DNA of 63,419 nt, counting the filler, from Octopus bimaculoides (Eukaryota): NCBI RefSeq assembly GCF_001194135.2. It is 4 parts of 3 records of this genome, joined end to end, with 100 filler letters (N's around TTAATTAATTAA, not from the genome) between each part and the next. Parts side by side here need not be neighbours in the genome. Positions count along the whole stretch, not along the records: positions 9,985 to 39,169 come from NC_069001.1; positions 39,270 to 58,431 come from NC_068982.1; 2 more parts are not named here. One strand, 5' to 3'. The notes under the pieces were generated by a model that was not told the DNA's origin, did not search any database, and worked only from the letters and a program-made list of their open reading frames with translations. The translations under genes and the position numbers were made by a program. Positions 37,980 through 49,873 of the stretch are shown here, piece after piece. Position 1 is the stretch's first letter; the number at the start of each line of letters is the position of its first letter.

Positions 37980-39269
37980 GAGAGAGAGAGAGAGAGAGAG
38001 AGGGAGATGTGAGTGTGTATGTATATATACACACATATAAACATTCATATATATATGTGTTTATATCTTTGTGCTTGAGTTATATTATTTGGTGTACGGG
38101 CATATAAAGTTTTGATCTTTAAGGAAAAATGTTCAAGTCCTTCTTTTGTAAAGAATTTTAAGGTAAGTTGGTAACCACCGTTAGCCTGTGCCATGTCTCC
38201 GTGCAATAAAGGTTCGGCAAATGAGATCCAAAAAATAATTACAGGGCTCGATATGATCGACTTAATCCTGTACGGAGGTGTCCCAGCATGGCCGCACTCT
38301 GACACAAGGAAAGAATAGTTTCAAATTTTGGCTCAAAGGTTGCAGGTTTGAAGTGAGTGTTAAATCGATCACGCCCCCAAAAGGATAAAAAGGTAAAATC
38401 GGTCTGGAACGATGGCGCACCCAAGGGTAATAGTTTGCTGGGATTTAAGTAAAAATTACGATTGTCCGTATTTCAAACTCTAAGTTTTTAAAAATATTCG
38501 AAAAAGAGAGGAAGTTTTAGGATTTGTGGTGGCAGGGTGGTGTAAGCTTTTAAAAAAAAATTAAAAAGTACTTTTGTTTTTTTGTTCCCTGACGAATTCC
38601 TGTGTGTAGAATACAAATTCGCAAACGTTTTCTGAAAATTACTAAACAAAAAGTACTTAAACAAGAATTCCGCCAAATAATTTTGAAAGTGTAGATATTT
38701 CAGCATATCTCTTATAACTAGGTTTCTAAGAAACTGGAATAAACTTCATTCTGCATGGAAAACTGCAACCTTAAGTATTAGCGTCGGAAAATGCAAACGA
38801 AAATTTTAAGAATCAGAAAATGTAGCATTAAAGATTAGCATCGAGGATATAAGAGCAGATGAGTAGCATAGGAAAAATGCCAATAAAGACATAAGTAAAC
38901 GGAATATGAGTACTAGAATTTGTATGGATGAAGATTAGGATGAAGTATGCTGAGGCAGAGATTAAGACTTATAATTTCATTGATAATCATTTTCTGGTTC
39001 ACCGAGTGCGTGTCTAGTCAAGCGTCACTGTCGGCAACCCTGATACATACACACATACAACCACTCACACGCATATATATGAAATATGTCTATCGCTTTC
39101 CTCTCACTCTCTCTCCCTGTATACACACACACATTCTGGCTTTTTTCATTTTCCTATATATATATATATNNNNNNNNNNNNNNNNNNNNNNNNNNNNNNN
39201 NNNNNNNNNNNNNTTAATTAATTAANNNNNNNNNNNNNNNNNNNNNNNNNNNNNNNNNNNNNNNNNNNN

Positions 39270-39319
<50 letters not shown>

Positions 39320-39324
39320 CAAAG

Positions 39325-39525
39325 CGGTGAGCTGGCAGAATCGTTAGCACGCGGGACAAAATGCTGAACGAGTCTTATTCTTAGGTTCTGCGTTCAAATT
39401 CCGCCAAAGTCAACTTGATATTTTATCCTTTCAGAGTCGATGAAGTAATTACCAAATGAGCACTGAGGTCGATATAATCGACCATCTTCTTTCCCCAACA
39501 CTCAGGCTTTGTAGCTATAGAGGAA
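39325..39525 (+). mobile_element. SINE family A copy
   Basis: GCGGTGAGCTGGCAGAATCGTTAGCACGCGGGACAAAATGCT...TTCAAATTCCGCCAAAGTCAAC...CCTTTCAGAGTCGATGAAGT. Confidence 0.85.
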
Positions 39526-40187
39526 ATAGTTCATGTTTGTACGTACGTATACACATTTGTGTTAGCCAAGGAATTAACAGAACGTGACACATAAATTGGA
39601 ATTTTTATTTATCATTGAAAGTTCAAGTAGCATGAGTAGTGATTTATATGTATAAATATCGAGAATAATTTTAGATGGAATTTCGGATAAAAGACAAAGA
39701 TCCTTCTCGAGTGATATAGAATCAGGGGGTCAGTTTCCTGGTTTCCGTAGTGTATTTACTCCCCACTGGACGGGACGAAGGTCCGTCGCTGGGTTACCCG
39801 TTTTGCCAGCTGAGTGAACTAGAGCAACGTGAAATGAATAACTTCCCTCAAGAACACAACGCATCGCCTGGCCGAGGAATCGAAACCACAATCTTATGAA
39901 CGTGAGTCCGCCACCCATAAACACTCAGTCACACGGTTCCACAAAGGCGTTTTTAGCAAAATCAATATAACTTTTAATTCGACTGTTATTTCGAAGGGTC
40001 CATAAACGAATGCTTTACAAAGAGGAATGTTGAATTTTGCTGTGATTTGTAGTTTAGATAATAACCTATATATAGGTTTTATTTTTACATTTCTAATTTA
40101 TTCCTTCACCTCGTCCAGGATCTGGCATACACAGGTGCTTACAATTATCAAGTATTACCTCTAACATTTACTTTACCTATATATGTA

Positions 40188-40233
<46 letters not shown>

Positions 40234-40729
40234 TCTTGGTCTATATGTATATAAGAAATACATGGAAGACTTTGATAGGAAACGTAAGCAAATATAATCG
40301 AAGAAAGAAAAACGAAATAATCCTAAAATATTTTTGAAAGCTGTGCAGACTAGTGTTTGAATTTGATGCTACTTTTGGTTGGGTACTGAGAAATTTTTAT
40401 GATCTGGGGTTTTGCAAATATGTGAGAACATAGTGGATGAAGTAGGGTTGTAGGTATATAAAATACTCCTGATTTACGATAAATGAACACAGAAACAGAA
40501 GATATGGAAAGTATCAGGAAGTAGGTTTCAAAGGAAAAGTTCGGGAAAAGAGTTTATCGGTTAATAGATTTTTTTCGAGAAAACACCAGTATGATGTGCT
40601 TATATGAGAGAATCAACCTATATTATATTCTTAGAAGTAGAAAGAGCAGAAAAGAATATTCATGCGAAAAAGTGTCACCTTAACTCACAGGTAATAACCT
40701 TTCGCACATTAGTTGCTATCCTCGGGTTC

Positions 40730-41080
40730 AGTGGTTTGAGGGTTCAGTGGTTAGGCTCACAATCTCGAGGTAGTGAGCTCGATTTCTGGACCGGGCTGTG
40801 TATTGTGTTCTTGAGCAAGACACTTTATTTCCCGTTGCTCTCGTTCAGTCAATTGTAGAAATGTGTTCCAACGTCACTGGTGTCAAGCTATATCAGCCCT
40901 TGCTTTTCCCATAGACAACATCAGTGGCACGAAGAGGGGAGGCTGGTATACATGGGTGACTGCTGGTCTTCCATAAACAACCTTGCCCAGACTTGTGCCT
41001 CGGAGGGTAACTTTCTAGGTGTAATCCCATGGTTATTCATGACTGAGAGTGATCTTTATCCTAGTGTATACCCTTAAAAA
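40730..41080 (+). mobile_element. SINE (family E here), with a reverse-oriented relative at about 44820-45150
   Basis: GTGGTTAG...CTCACAATC...TGTGTTCTTGAGCAAGACACTTTATTTC...GGTGACTGCTGGTCTTCCATAAACAACCTTGCCCAGACTTGTGCCTCGGAGGGTAACT. The reverse complement AGTTACCCTCCGAGGGACAAGTCTGGGCAA...GACCAGCAGTCACCCATG is at about 44870-44930. Confidence 0.82.
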
Positions 41081-41197
41081 CTAGTGAGCAACACATAAAT
41101 ACGCATATATTTTAGAAACTAAAGATACATAGGTACGTAATTTCATATGAAGATGCATGAATATGTCCATTATTACGAACTGATACATGATACATAC

Positions 41198-41241
41198 CTG
41201 TTTTCACATATATCCCTATATGTGGAAGAATAGCACATTTT
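41198..41241 (-). CDS. Candidate 44-nt exon (KMCYSSTYRDICEN or KCAILPHIGIYVKT)
   Basis: gattcattgtag|AAAATGTGC...GAAAACAG|gtatgt, with a consensus CAG|gtatgt donor and two stop-free phases. Confidence 0.33.
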
Positions 41242-42571
41242 CTACAATGAATCTATGTTTTTAAAATATCATTTTTTTCTTTAGTATTTATATTACTTTT
41301 TGTCCTGTCTACAACCTTTATATAATATTATCTGATACACTCGTATAATCACAAAGTTGTACTACTTTTTCCCGCAAAATGTTTGACCGATTTTGAGACT
41401 TCATTACAAAACCCTATTTCACGACATAATCTATGTTTTCTATCTTATCCTTGGTCTTTAATTACGAACCACAAATACATATAAACCTCATTTTATCTAA
41501 TATGCTCATGCAAGCAAGTAAAACACAAGGGGCTACCTATCGCTTAGTATCTAATCAAAGCTCAGCGTCAAATACATACATTCTCAGATAGAAACTTCTT
41601 CTGGGATTCTTTTGTTTGTCCTCCACTTTTCCGGATTTTTCGAGTATTTTTCTGATGACAAACGCATATTTTTTTGTATTTTTCATACGAAAAACTTTCT
41701 ATATCGGTTTAAAATTTTAAACCTCCACGACAAACCGAAGCAGGGAAACACCTTATAAAGATTAATAATGATTTAAGTTTTCAAAAAAATATAAAATCCG
41801 TCTTCAAAAGAAGCTGCATTATTTATGTGACCTAAGAAACACACACATACACGCGCGCGCGCGAGTTCCTACAGCACTATATCCCGCAAATGCTAGTTAT
41901 GGTCCGAGGGGTCACTCTCACTAATGTTAACAAAGGAGCACATAAATAAATTCACTGAATAATTACCCAGTTGCCTGCACGCAGCTAAACATACATTTAC
42001 ATATTACAATCCAGACCATGAATAGCTTGATGTATACATGGCACCCACAACTCTTAATACACATGATCTTGAGGAACTATATTTGAATAGCTTATATTTG
42101 ACGTATGACCTTGCAATCTATATCCATATATATATNNNNNNNNNNNNNNNNNNNNNNNNNNNNNNNNNNNNNNNNNNNNNNNNNNNNNNNNNNNNNNNNN
42201 NNNNNNNNNNNNNNNNNNNNNNNNNNNNNNNNNNNNNNNNNNNNNNNNNNNNNNNNNNNNNNNNNNNNNNNNNNNNNNNNNNNNNNNNNNNNNNNNNNNN
42301 NNNNNNNNNNNNNNNNNNNNAGAATTAATAATTAACAATTTTGCCAAGTAGTTCAGTATGAAAAAAACCTTTATCGGTAAAACCATTTATCATCATAAAT
42401 ATACAGGGATTAGCATTGAGTTGCTTCTCCAACATACTGAAAATTTAGAAATAGCAGTCAAAGAACTACTGATTCTAAACTACAAATTTTTCTCTAAACG
42501 GATGGCGATATTTATGGCACACATAGAACAAAAAACCGGAGGGAAAAGCATAAACAAAACAAGTCTTTAGT

Positions 42572-42617
<46 letters not shown>

Positions 42618-43279
42618 CGTGTGTATGTATGTATGTATCTGTGTATTTATATGTACGTCTAAGCACGAACACAAAAAATATTTCGTCAAGTATAATCTTC
42701 TTTCAGCTTCTACTTCTTTTTCTTTCTCTTAACAGTTACAACAGCGAAGGATCATTTTCTCTAAACTAGAATGTATAATTTTCACGTTGAATTTTTTGCG
42801 TTTCAATAACTTTTCTCTGTTTTTACTCATTCTCGAATTTGATGGACATATAGCGGTACGTAAGCGGACTCAGGAAATCTCTAGTGGTAATTTTTATTTA
42901 TGTACTCGAAAAGACTCAGAACGGGTCGTAACATGTGTTGTATCTAATAAAATTTATTACACATTCCATATATTTTACTAATACTGTTACTCCAACCGCC
43001 ACTACGAAGTTCCCGCAATAAATCTACGGATAACAACAGGTAATCGAAACTGTGCCGGTGCTTTACTTATCATCCGTTTATACATTTTCTATAATTTCTC
43101 CATTATTAACTACCGTCACCCGTATTGACACTAGTAGTACTATAATACGTCAATCAGAATAAATATTTATTGTTACCTATACTTTTATTAACAGTGGGAC
43201 GTATTCCAGGGCTAGAACCTGACAATTTGATTGGTTGAACGAAATGTAAATCGTTTACACAGAGCAGCATTCCATTGTG

Positions 43280-43308
43280 TTATGATGATGATGATGATGA
43301 TGATGATG

Positions 43309-43373
<65 letters not shown>

Positions 43374-43374
43374 G

Positions 43375-43427
<53 letters not shown>
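43280..43427 (+). repeat. (GAT)n(AAT)n microsatellite
   Basis: Read directly. It abuts the element at 43427. Confidence 0.97.
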
Positions 43428-43428
<1 letters not shown>

Positions 43429-43890
43429 CCCTGATGCAATACCAGGCAGTGGCTCTCATGGCTTCTGATCTTAATTGATTGGAAGTGTTATCATGTACAT
43501 TGTTTTGTCTTGGTATAAAAGATGGGCTTCAGTAAATATTCTGCTTAATACCACAGATTTACTTGTTGGTTGTTTGACCTTAACCAGTTGAACATGTCCC
43601 TTGGTGGCTGACGATATGTGCATCTCTGATCATGAGCAGAAGTAGTGGGGGAGCATCATAGCCATGTGTTGAGAGGAATTCTTTGGGGTTTGAATAATTC
43701 ACCTTTGGAAACATGGGTGTTTTGCTTAACATCCTTAAACAAACCTTATTGAGGGACCTTTTGAGCGGGATGGGCTACTCGACCTGAAGAAAATTCTAAC
43801 TGGGCCCCACCTGCGAGGTCATGCGCTGTTTTTCTTCATATGTGATCACCATGTCGCGCACATATGGTTGTGATGCATGTGCCTGGGGAC
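43427..43890. mobile_element. Unclassified interspersed repeat bounded by (AAT)n, truncated at its junction with an R4 3' end
   Basis: A GC-richer non-coding block starting right after (AAT)n, with no readable ORF. It switches at CCTGG to the R4 tail. Confidence 0.45.
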
Positions 43891-44075
43891 TTACAAATAT
43901 ATATAACATACAGGAAATTGCACTACTGGGCACTGCACACATCCTACGCAAAACACTTTCAATACAGTAACCATAAGAGCACCACAGCAAACCACAGCAC
44001 ATACCCAAGGCGCACAGAGCTGCGCTCGGTAGTGAAGTGAAAGCAAGTTATAAAAATAAAACTAATGAACAATAA
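43884..44075 (+). mobile_element. Extreme 3' end of an R4/Dong-type retrotransposon with 3' UTR and (AAT)n tail
   Basis: LTNIYNIQEIALLGTAHILRKTLSIQ* (the IQK..LLGTAHILRK.L terminus), then about 90 nt of UTR and an AATAATAAT tail. Confidence 0.88.
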
Positions 44076-44271
44076 TAATAATAATGATAATAATAATAAT
44101 AATGATGATGTTTTTCTATAATGGTATTTTAATAGTAACGCAGCAACTTAAAGCTGGTGTGCGATGCAGAAACTAATGTGATCTACTATTAAAGCATGTT
44201 ATGCTCCATCCTCATGGCTAATGTACGCTTCGTATATTACGTTATACAAATATACTCGTGATATATTGTCC

Positions 44272-44338
<67 letters not shown>

Positions 44339-46548
44339 CGCACACACACACATTCGGCCTGTATAGCATATTTTAATCGGGATAATTATCTTGAAATTTT
44401 AATTAAACTTTACCAATTTGTAGCCTAGTGGCAAATTAAGCTAAATTTGAATTTCTTACTTAAATAGATATATGCAAAAAAAGACAAAAAAATAAAACAA
44501 CTGTGAGCATTATTTGCATAAAGTAATATACGAAGCGCATATGTGATATGAGATAGAAAGTGAAAGTTACTATATATAAATTGATTGCCTTGAGATAGCG
44601 CATGAACGAATATCTTAGGTAAGTTAAAAAATTTCATTAAATTTAAGGAGCAATAATGTGTTAGTATTAAACTATGAATATACATTTTCAAATTCCGTCG
44701 TGGTCTCATAAATTGCTTATGTACAAGTGCTCAATGCATATTACTAAAGTGGTTCCATACGTATTAATATATTAATACGTATACAGTTACATTTACATGT
44801 ACCCACAAAGGTTAATAAAAAGGTAAATACCCCTTTCGGTCAAGGATGTCTATGGATTGTACCCAGTAAGTTACCCTCCGAGGGACAAGTCTGGGCAATG
44901 TTGTTTCTAGAAGACCAGCAGTCACCCATGCATATCAGCCTCTACTCTCCACAACGCTGATGTTATCGAAAGTAAAGGCAAAGGCTGATACAGCTTGGCA
45001 CCAGTGATGTCGCAATTCATTTCTACAGTTGAGTGAACTGGAGAAAGTGAAATAAAGTGTCTTGCCGAAGATAACAACATACAGCTCTGTCCGGGAATCG
45101 AACTCACTACCTCATGATTGTGAGCTCGACGCTCTGATCACTGAACCATACATACATGCATGCATACATACATACATACATACATACAAACACATACAAG
45201 CATCCACTCACTCATATTACATAAAGGTACACACGCCGATTTACACATATATCTACGCGAACATTTATATCTGTGTACGTATACATATCTCACGCATTTA
45301 ACTGCATATCGCCATTCAAAAGTAACATATTGGGGATATGCACAAAACGGTACGCTTCATTCATTTTAATAATTAAACTGACGAAAACGAAAGAATGAAG
45401 GAAGCGTTGCATGTTCTATGAAGCATGATTAATTTTTCCATGATGAAAATCTGGTTTCAGCATACTTTATTATTTAGCTGTATATATTTACGGATATTTG
45501 TGTGAATGTATGTGTTTATGTATGTTTGTGGGTATAAACGAATGTATATATGTATGAATGTTTGTATATGTAGGTGGGTGTGTAATTCTGTACTTTCATA
45601 GGCGGATAGTGGAATAGCTTCTAGCTTCAGATATTTTCATCGCTAATTAGCGACCCCGGACCCACATCACTTACATTCACCAGAAGAAAGCGATCAGATA
45701 ATTACTTCTGTTTCATCTCAAAAAGCATGACTCTGAGACAAGGTGGAGGGGAACGTGGTCTTCAAATAAACTGTGTCCCATCTATGGGGAAGCAAATATA
45801 GTCTTCTCTTATTAGCTGTCACATATTTGCTTTTCTTATTATTCAAACGCTCCTAAGATGAGGGTTGGCTATGTATGTTCATAGCTTCATGCAAAAGTAA
45901 GAGAATAGCAAACGCATAATGTTTAAGACTACTGATAAATGTTGAAGATGGTTACCTCGGCAAGTTATCAGCTGCTAGCCGCAGACGTGTATATTGACGA
46001 TTTATGCATGTAACAAAACATACATATCATATAACCAGCAACTACATGTGCATAGACATACTTCTAGACAGTAGATGTTTACTGCAATATTAAAAAAGTT
46101 TCCTCGTACTATGCATATAAAATTAGTTAAAGCATAACCTCGAGTGGTCGTGAACATCCGCAGTTTAGTCACTCTAGCTAACGAGTACACAGTGTCATGT
46201 TTTAGGAGAACAATATCCTCTGCTGCCAGTGGAGACTAAAGACCTTGGAGTGTCTTGATAATTTCTCTCTTTATGTTGCACTCGCTCAGTTTGTGCATAG
46301 GTAGATCCATATTTATTGGGTTTAAATTCAGTTCAGATATTTAGTTCAAGTTTTTACGGGTGGGAAGTACTATAATAAAATTCTTTACATTGTGCAGAGC
46401 GTAGTTGTCATTTTCATGGGTTATGACTTGGCGTGATATATCAGTTTCAATTTGTACGTAACATTTTGTTGGTCCTTCGGCTACCATATGAATCTCGATA
46501 AGCCAGGATCTGGACTCTTGTCGATAGTTACTTAAGAATGCGTACGCT

Positions 46549-46588
46549 AACACGATCTAATTTTGCACAACACGATCTGATTTTGCAC
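46549..46588 (+). repeat. 20-bp tandem duplication AACACGATCT(A/G)ATTTTGCAC x2
   Basis: Read directly, one mismatch. Confidence 0.9.
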
Positions 46589-46729
46589 AAACAACTAATT
46601 TTGTGTGGTAAATCCACCGAGGAAAAAAATTGTGGAGTTAATATAATTACATGCCAGAAGTTTAGTGTTGGTAATGAGTAAAATGTTTCTTGTGTTAAAC
46701 TGTCAAATTAGTTCTTGTGTTTTCATTCT

Positions 46730-47000
46730 TCAATAATCTATGAAATTTGTTATTACTGGAAGTGTGTCTGTTTGTGTTACTCCGAGAAGTTTACTGGTTA
46801 GTGTTATGCGGACGTTTACACTAAAGGACATCAAACAACATTATTTTCCGTAGTGGTGATTGGTAAAATTTTGGCTGCAACTGTTATCCCTTGTATATTC
46901 GATTTTATCTTTGAAGCTAACATCATTCTGATGCCCTCAACTAGAATCTAAATAAGAGATGTCGAGGTATTGGAAACTTTATTAATGTAGTTTTTGAATA
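46730..47000 (-). mobile_element. Possible very old LINE RT C-terminal remnant
   Basis: Minus strand KLLGVTQTDTL resembles the K(Y/L)LGV motif. Little else survives. Confidence 0.25.
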
Positions 47001-47571
47001 GATAACTTGAAAGGTCTAAATGTCTAAATGTAAATTAATATAAAGTTTACGATGCTACAAATTTTCATCTGCTCTTATCATTGGATGTAAATTTATGTAA
47101 AATGACTCATCAACCATCATTCACATTTTTCGTAACGTGAGGTCCTTCATAAACAAAAACGTTATATTGCAAGTTGCTCAACTTCATGCATGGTGTGTGT
47201 GTAATATGGCATGATTAAAGGTATTCCAGCCAATTTCTAACTGCACCATAGAAAGTAAACTGCCCAAGTTGTAACCTGTAATTTTTTAGTAACTTATTTT
47301 TAAGTGTCTCCTTACCAGAGCTAACCGAGTACTCAATGAAAACATAAAAAAGAAAATGTATCAATGCATAAATAGCATCAATCAAACAATCAATTAATCC
47401 ATCGCCAGAAGATAGGAGTCAGGGAACTATTAGTACTATCTCCCGAAGACTTAGTTATAAAGAAAATCACACACACACACATGTTCACTCACACGTTCAC
47501 CCATACACACGCACATCTATGCATGTAAACACATGTATTTGTGCATGTGTTTTTATATATGTGTATATATA

Positions 47572-48200
47572 TCAGGTCATCCCATAAGTTCTGTCCGAAT
47601 TTTGAATAAAGGAAACAAGTGATCACATGTTATATTTAATTGAAATTTATTCATCAATGTACTTTCCCTGATTATCTATGATTTCTGTTCATCTATTTAT
47701 AAGCTTTTTAATCCCATCAATGTAAAATGCTTTTGGTTTCAAAGAGAAGAACTCTGAAATGTCAGTTTCAACCTGGCTTGCGAAGGTTATGTCCCCCAAA
47801 TGATTCTGCAAACTACAAAACAAATGGTAGTCTGAAGGAGCAAGGTCGGGAGAATAAGGTGGATGAGGAAATTTTCCCCAACCAAACTCTTCGATCTTCT
47901 GTGCTGTGATCTTTGAGGTGTGGGGTTGCGCATTGTCTCACAAGATAGAGAGAAGATCCTTTTGGCCATGATGCTCCCTTCTCGGTTGTGGTTGAGCTTT
48001 TTCCCTTTTAACAAGCCAATGTTTACGACGTTTAACATTTCCATAGAAGATCCATTTTTTGTCACCAGTCACAAGTCTATCCAAAAAGGGTGAAATGAGT
48101 TCTCGAGAATGGAGAGAAGAGTAGATGTCAACTCGAGATTTGCGATAAAGTTGTAGTGTATTGTCAACTTAATGTGACAATCCCTGCTGATCAGTGAATA
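47572..48200 (-). mobile_element. Internally deleted mariner element with one TIR
   Basis: Minus strand reads FLDRLVTGDKKWIFYGNVKRRKHW..KDLLSIL*|DNAQPHTSKITAQKIEEFGWGKFPHPPYSPDLAPSDYHLFCSLQNHL...YIDE*. The end TA|TCAGGTCATCCCATAAG at 47570-47590 is TIR-like. Confidence 0.93.
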
Positions 48201-48266
48201 AACTTCACTATGATTATATAAGTTTGCGAGGGCTAAACAGGCTTCTTTAACCAGCTGGCAAGCTAC

Positions 48267-48309
48267 TTCAGGCTGATGACGAGCAAAGACTCAGAAACAT
48301 GTCCCTGAA
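48267..48309 (+). ncRNA. Type I minimal hammerhead ribozyme candidate
   Basis: TTCAGG-CTGATGA-C-GAG(CAAAGA)CTC-A-GAAAC-AT-GTC-CCTGAA. Stem I has 6 perfect pairs (TTCAGG/CCTGAA), the core is intact, stem II has 3 bp, stem III is the palindrome ACATGT, and a GUC cleavage triplet ends at 48303. Confidence 0.72.
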
Positions 48310-48792
48310 TGCTGGCTAGGCTGGGTGGAGGAGCTTGTCTCNNNNNNNNNNNNNNNNNNNNNNNNNNNNNNNNNNNNNNNNNNNNNNNNNNNNNNNNNNN
48401 NNNNNNNNNNNNNNNNNNNNNNNNNNNNNNNNNNNNNNNNNNNNNNNNNNNNNNNNNNNNNNNNNNNNNNNNNNNNNNNNNNNNNNNNNNNNNNNNNNNN
48501 NNNNNNNNNNNNNNNNNNNNNNNNNNNNNNNNNNNNNNNNNNNNNNNNNNNNNNNNNNNATATATATATATATACTTAAACACATACATATATATATATC
48601 TATGTATATATGACTGTCTATGGGTGGAACTGTTGTGATAGTGATTCTCATTGACATGTAGCTATTCTAGGAGGGCAGGGTTAATATTTCATTCTATTCA
48701 ACATCACGGGCAAGTCATTGGTTAGATGGTCCTTCCCTTACAATTCTATTTGAGCTTGTGTATGATTGACTGTAACTTGATAACCTAATGCG

Positions 48793-48884
48793 CTAACTTT
48801 CTACTTCAGCAATCGATGAGTTAGAATTTACTTTTTCCCAATCACAATCTTCTGTGACTTCGGAAATATATCTCTCTACTGCCT
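48793..48884 (-). CDS. Candidate terminal coding exon (xAVERYISEVTEDCDWEKVNSNSSIAEVES*) of an unidentified gene
   Basis: Strong polypyrimidine acceptor tatctgttttcttctttatccattag|AG GCA GTA..., then 29 sense codons ending in TAG at 48793-48795. Non-repetitive and protein-like in composition. Confidence 0.4.
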
Positions 48885-49873
48885 CTAATGGATAAAGAAG
48901 AAAACAGATATATAAATAAATAAGTCGTTAGATAGATAGATAAATTTGCAAAAGGAAACGATAATATGCACACCTTACCAAATAGAGTCAGTTGGCTTCT
49001 GCTAATAAATTGAAACCAAAGCTAAATAAATGTTTTCTTCTATTTTGTATTAATTGATTTTCTTTTATATTTTCTCTCAAGTAATTACACCCCAGGGTTA
49101 AAACATTTTAAATCTCACTTTCAATTTGGAAATTCAAATTGAAAAAAACTACATATTAAAAATAATCTGCAAGACCGGGTTCTCATGAAAACAAAAATGT
49201 TAGTATCTTATAGGTTTGTTGGGGAAGCACAAATTTGAATTCAACATAACAAATCTAACAAAATCTGTAGAAAAACTTCTTGGTTTCAAACAACTATTGG
49301 TTTAAAACATATCTTTGACATCGCCACCTCATCTTCCTACTCTTGATGATAACAACAGCATTGCTTTATACAAATAGAATAAATATGGTGTCACTTCGTC
49401 TATGAAAAATTAGCAAAATATTGACTTGATTATATTGGGATGAACGAAATCCAGATATAAATCAAGTACATCGCATTCATTTGATAGGAGGAAACATGCG
49501 TGATTTAACAACGAAGTCTCATTTTCCAACAAGGCATAAACTGTTTGTTCAGCAAAATTTCATCCTTGTAAACTTCCAATAGATGTCAGTTCATCATAAT
49601 GCTATGAAGTAATTCTAGGCAAAAGTGCACACGAACACAAAAGCACACAAATACATTTGTATACGTATGCGTATGTATACGTGCTTATATACACACTAAC
49701 ATACACACATACATACAATCAAACATACATATATATACATACATACACACATATGCATACACACACACACAAAATCACTCGCACACACTGACACACACAT
49801 ACATGTATAAAGAGATTTGTAAAAGACATGTTTGTCCTTTTCTCTTTGCATTTTCTTCACTACTGTAATCGCT

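Noticed and set aside
42358-42570. 70-aa ORF, and similar 60-90 aa ORFs at 18256, 26614, 36093 and 42787
   Set aside because: Lengths are compatible with chance, there are no domain motifs, and some start inside SINEs.
49380-49620. Protein-like minus-strand frame (NFAEQTVYALLENETSLLNHACFLLSNECDVLDLYLDF)
   Set aside because: It is bounded by in-frame stops with no compatible splice sites and no recognised family.
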